57,818 bases of DNA from a virus (Duplodnaviria > Caudoviricetes): IMG/VR virus record IMGVR_UViG_3300023214_000063, positions 1 to 57,818 of that record; one strand, 5' to 3'. The position numbers and the translations under genes are program-made. The notes beneath the pieces are model-generated. The model made no database searches. It had not been told where the DNA came from and saw only the letters and a program-made list of their open reading frames with translations. This document shows positions 54,797-57,818 of this stretch, in pieces. Positions within the stretch are counted from its first letter, which is position 1, and each line of letters begins with the position of its first letter.

Positions 54797-57700
54797 GTGG
54801 CGACGCGGTTTCAGGTCGTCTTCGATGTGGAGACGCGCGAAGGTCTGCAGAAGGCCAATGAATTCGCGAACTCCATCGGCGCGACCCTTCAAAAAGTAGA
54901 GTCGGCGAACAGCAAGCTGGAGCAGACCGGTTCCAGCTCGCTGTCCCGTCTCAATTCGTTCTACCGGCAGAACCAGCAGGTAGTCGAATCGACCGCGCGT
55001 TCCGCAGGTGTGGCGCTGGGTGCCATCAGTGCCGCCATCACCGGCGTGGCAGTCGTCGCCACGTCCACGGCCGTCAGCTTCGAAAGCGCCTTCCTGGGCG
55101 TTGTAAAGACGGTCGACGCAACCGAAGCGCAGCTGGCTGGCCTGCGCGTCGAACTCGCGGGGATGACCCGTGAAGTACCCCTGGCCGCTGAAGAAATCTT
55201 CGGCATCGCGGAAGCAGCCGGTCAGCTAGGAATCCGCGCGGAGAATGTCACCGAATTCACGCGCGTGATGGCGGACCTGGGTGCCACCACGAACCTGTCC
55301 GCCCAGGACGCGGCCGTCCAGCTCGCCCGGCTGGACGCCATCACCGGGGGAACCCAGGCGAACTTCGACAGGCTGGGTGCGACCGTCGTCGACCTGGGCA
55401 ACAACATGGAGACGACGGAAGCCGAAATCGTCTCCTTCGCGCTACGCATCGCGGGCGCTGGGCAGACCGTCGGACTGAGCCAGGACCAAATCCTAGCCTT
55501 CGCGGCCACCCTGTCGTCGGTGGGGCTGAAGGCAGAGTCGGCCGGAACGTCCATCAGTCGGGTCATGCTGGAGCTGAACAGCGCTGTGATTTCCGGGGGT
55601 GAATCCCTGCAGCTGTTCGCGGACATCGCTGGCCAGTCCACGGACGACTTCGCGCAGCTGTTCCGTGACGACGCGGCCATGGCCGTAAACGAATTCATCA
55701 TGGGCCTGGGCCGGGTCATCGAATCAGGCGAAGACGTCACGGTCGTGCTGGAAGCGCTGGGCCTGGACGGGCTCCGGGTGCTCGACACCATGCAGCGAAC
55801 GGCGAACGCCGGTGAAAAGCTGGGTGGTGCCCTGGACCGGGCGTCGGAAGCATGGGAATCGAACTCTGCTCTGGCGCAGGAAGCGGCCATCCGCTACGGC
55901 TCCGCAGAGTCCCAGCTACAGCTGTTCCAGAACATCGTGCGGCTGCTCGCGGATGAAATCGGTCAGGCCTTGATTCCGATTCTCATAAGCATGTTGGACA
56001 CAGCGCGCCCGGTCCTGGACTGGGCTATCGGCATGGCACAGACGTTCCGCCGTCTGCCGCAGCCGATCCAGACGGTAGCCATCGCCGTCGGTGGGCTGGG
56101 CACTGCCCTGGCCGGGATGTCCGGCACGGCGCTTATCTTCCTGCCGCAAATCCTGAACATCGTGAAGACGGTGAAGGCCCTGGGTGGGGTGTCCGCTATA
56201 ACGACCGGTGCCGTCTCCGGGCTCGCGGCCGTGTTCACCCCCCTGACCATCGCCGTAGCGGCTGCAGGAGCCGCTGTGCTGGCCCTGACCAGTGCCTGGA
56301 TTTCGTACCGGGATGCGCAGGACACGGCGAACATAGCTGCAGCCGACGCGGAGTCGGTGAACATGGCCCTGGGACGGGCCGTGAACTGGAGCGGCGACCA
56401 GCTGACGAACTTCCTGGGCACCGTCGACGAAGTCCGCATCCAGCAGATTCGAGCCGAAGCCGTGACGCGGGCGATGTCGGAAGCGACCCAGGAACAGCGG
56501 GACCGATACCGCGACATCGTCGAAACCATCGACCAGTTCACGGCGGGAACCGACGACGCGAACGAATCGGCGAACACCCTGGCGGACGACGGGCTCCCGA
56601 ACCTGGGCACCAGCACCGACGACACGAAGGAAAAGATAGAAGACCTGTTCGTCTCCGTGTCCGACGTCGCCGACGTCATGGGCGAGCTGGACGCAGCTAT
56701 CACCAGGGAAGGCCCGACGGCGTCCCAGGCGTCATCGGCGCTCGAAGACCTGGTCAACCAGCACGGCGAGCTGATCCGCCAGTCTCCGGAGCTGCAGCAG
56801 GAGCTGCTGGGCCTGGTGAATCGGGTGATGGAAATGGGTGGCAGCGTGGACATGGCGACGCTGTCGCTGCTCCCCTACGCGGATGCCCAGCGCCTGTCCG
56901 CTGAAGCTGCAGCGGCACACGCGGAGGAACTGGAGCGCGTCCACGCCCGCGTCCTGGAAGTCCTGGCCGTCACGTCGGACCCGGATGCGCTCGCGCTCGA
57001 CTTCAGCGATGACGCCTTCACGGTGCCGGACCTGGAGTTCGTCATCAGCCCACCGGACCCGGACGACATCCCGGACCCCAGGAACTTCCTGCAGAAGTTC
57101 GGCGACCAGCTAAGCGGCTTCTTCAAGCGCGATTTCGGGGCCATCATGTCCGACGTCACGGACATCGCGCAGAACGTCTTTGGGGTGGAAATCCCAGCCG
57201 TTGCACAGGCTGGTCTGAATGCCGTGGTGAAGTTCGTACAGGGCGACTTCATCGGCGCGTTCCTGTCGGCGGGTTCCGCCATCGTAGGTCTGTTCAAGGG
57301 GCTGTTCGGGAAGACCAGTGCCGTCGACGAAATTACAAAGCAGTTCGGGCTAGAGCTGTCGGATTCCCTGACGCAGAAAATCCAGGAAATCGGCGACCAG
57401 CACGGCCGTGACTATGGGGCAGCCTTCCGCCTGGCGCTGGGCGACGTCATCGAAGAAGTGGGGGTCGATACCCGCGCGGACCTGGACCGGTTCCTGGGCG
57501 ACACCCGCAACCTGTTCGCCGACTTCGACCGGGGCACCATCAGCGCGGCCGAAGCGGTCGGTTCCATCGGTGACAACGTCGTCGCCCTGCTACCTGCCTT
57601 CGATGAACTGGGCGTCAGCCTGGACGTTCTGAGCGGGCCGGGTGGCGTGCTGGCCGACATGGTCAACCGGATGAACATGGGCCAGCTGTCGGCGTCGGAA

Positions 57701-57818
57701 GTCGAAGCAGCCTTCAATCAGGTGCTGGCCGCTGCCGTGGAAATGGGCCTGGAAGGGACCGACGCCCTGGTCCAGCTCGCGGAGTCGGCCGGGCTGTCGC
57801 TGGACGTCCTGGAGGAAT
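54797..57818 (+). CDS. Tail tape measure protein (TP901-like), N-terminal part
   Basis: GTG 54797; translation gives FESAFLGVVKTVD...AEAAGQLGI...LGATTNL...LGNN..TTEAEI; in frame with ATG 57671, which corresponds to position 2. Absent from the ORF track because it has no stop in the window. Confidence 0.9.
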   Translation, partial: MATRFQVVFDVETREGLQKANEFANSIGATLQKVESANSKLEQTGSSSLSRLNSFYRQNQQVVESTARSAGVALGAISAAITGVAVVATSTAVSFESAFLGVVKTVDATEAQLAGLRVELAGMTREVPLAAEEIFGIAEAAGQLGIRAENVTEFTRVMADLGATTNLSAQDAAVQLARLDAITGGTQANFDRLGATVVDLGNNMETTEAEIVSFALRIAGAGQTVGLSQDQILAFAATLSSVGLKAESAGTSISRVMLELNSAVISGGESLQLFADIAGQSTDDFAQLFRDDAAMAVNEFIMGLGRVIESGEDVTVVLEALGLDGLRVLDTMQRTANAGEKLGGALDRASEAWESNSALAQEAAIRYGSAESQLQLFQNIVRLLADEIGQALIPILISMLDTARPVLDWAIGMAQTFRRLPQPIQTVAIAVGGLGTALAGMSGTALIFLPQILNIVKTVKALGGVSAITTGAVSGLAAVFTPLTIAVAAAGAAVLALTSAWISYRDAQDTANIAAADAESVNMALGRAVNWSGDQLTNFLGTVDEVRIQQIRAEAVTRAMSEATQEQRDRYRDIVETIDQFTAGTDDANESANTLADDGLPNLGTSTDDTKEKIEDLFVSVSDVADVMGELDAAITREGPTASQASSALEDLVNQHGELIRQSPELQQELLGLVNRVMEMGGSVDMATLSLLPYADAQRLSAEAAAAHAEELERVHARVLEVLAVTSDPDALALDFSDDAFTVPDLEFVISPPDPDDIPDPRNFLQKFGDQLSGFFKRDFGAIMSDVTDIAQNVFGVEIPAVAQAGLNAVVKFVQGDFIGAFLSAGSAIVGLFKGLFGKTSAVDEITKQFGLELSDSLTQKIQEIGDQHGRDYGAAFRLALGDVIEEVGVDTRADLDRFLGDTRNLFADFDRGTISAAEAVGSIGDNVVALLPAFDELGVSLDVLSGPGGVLADMVNRMNMGQLSASEVEAAFNQVLAAAVEMGLEGTDALVQLAESAGLSLDVLEE
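57670..57818. repeat. Terminal direct repeat, right copy
   Basis: 148/149 identical to 1-149. Confidence 0.95.

Noticed and set aside
125-57717. Many long minus-strand ORFs (e.g. 125-2623, 10834-12606, 40547-42574)
   Set aside because: They are antisense shadows of well-supported + strand genes in high-GC DNA, with no recognisable motifs.
1-57818. Stop-codon reassignment
   Set aside because: TAG, TGA and TAA all end genes cleanly and conserved proteins are full length under code 11.

Overview
The window is an apparently complete, circularly permuted genome (~57.67 kb) of a high-GC siphovirus-like dsDNA phage. Positions 1-149 repeat at 57670-57818 with one synonymous mismatch, and the tape measure gene reads through the junction. 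All credible genes are on the + strand. The order is: tail tip; lysis (holin-like, SLT endolysin, glycoside hydrolase-like); early recombination/replication genes (HARP-SNF2 helicase, TOPRIM protein, Xer-like recombinase, PD-(D/E)XK nuclease, RecT/Bet, HNH proteins, RuvC, replication initiator, DnaB); small accessory ORFs including an Acb2/Tad1-like protein; SSB; terminase; a portal-MuF-metallopeptidase fusion; prohead protease; HK97 capsid; neck; tail. The most striking feature is a ~7.4 kb glycan-biosynthesis island placed between the major capsid gene and the head-tail connector: three GT2-type genes (one GT2-GT9 fusion), two NDP-sugar epimerase/reductases, a sugar C-methyltransferase, a second methyltransferase and a DUF4254-like gene. 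A GT4 gene is also coupled to the major tail gene. The GT2-GT9 enzyme carries a small terminal domain shared with a Lys-rich protein of the head module. Together these suggest a self-contained virion glycosylation system that uses a branched-chain sugar. Other notable elements are a symmetric dif-like site, a duplicated operator/promoter motif, long intergenic hairpins and apparent GATC/GAGG avoidance. All calls come from motif reading by eye; no database searches were run.
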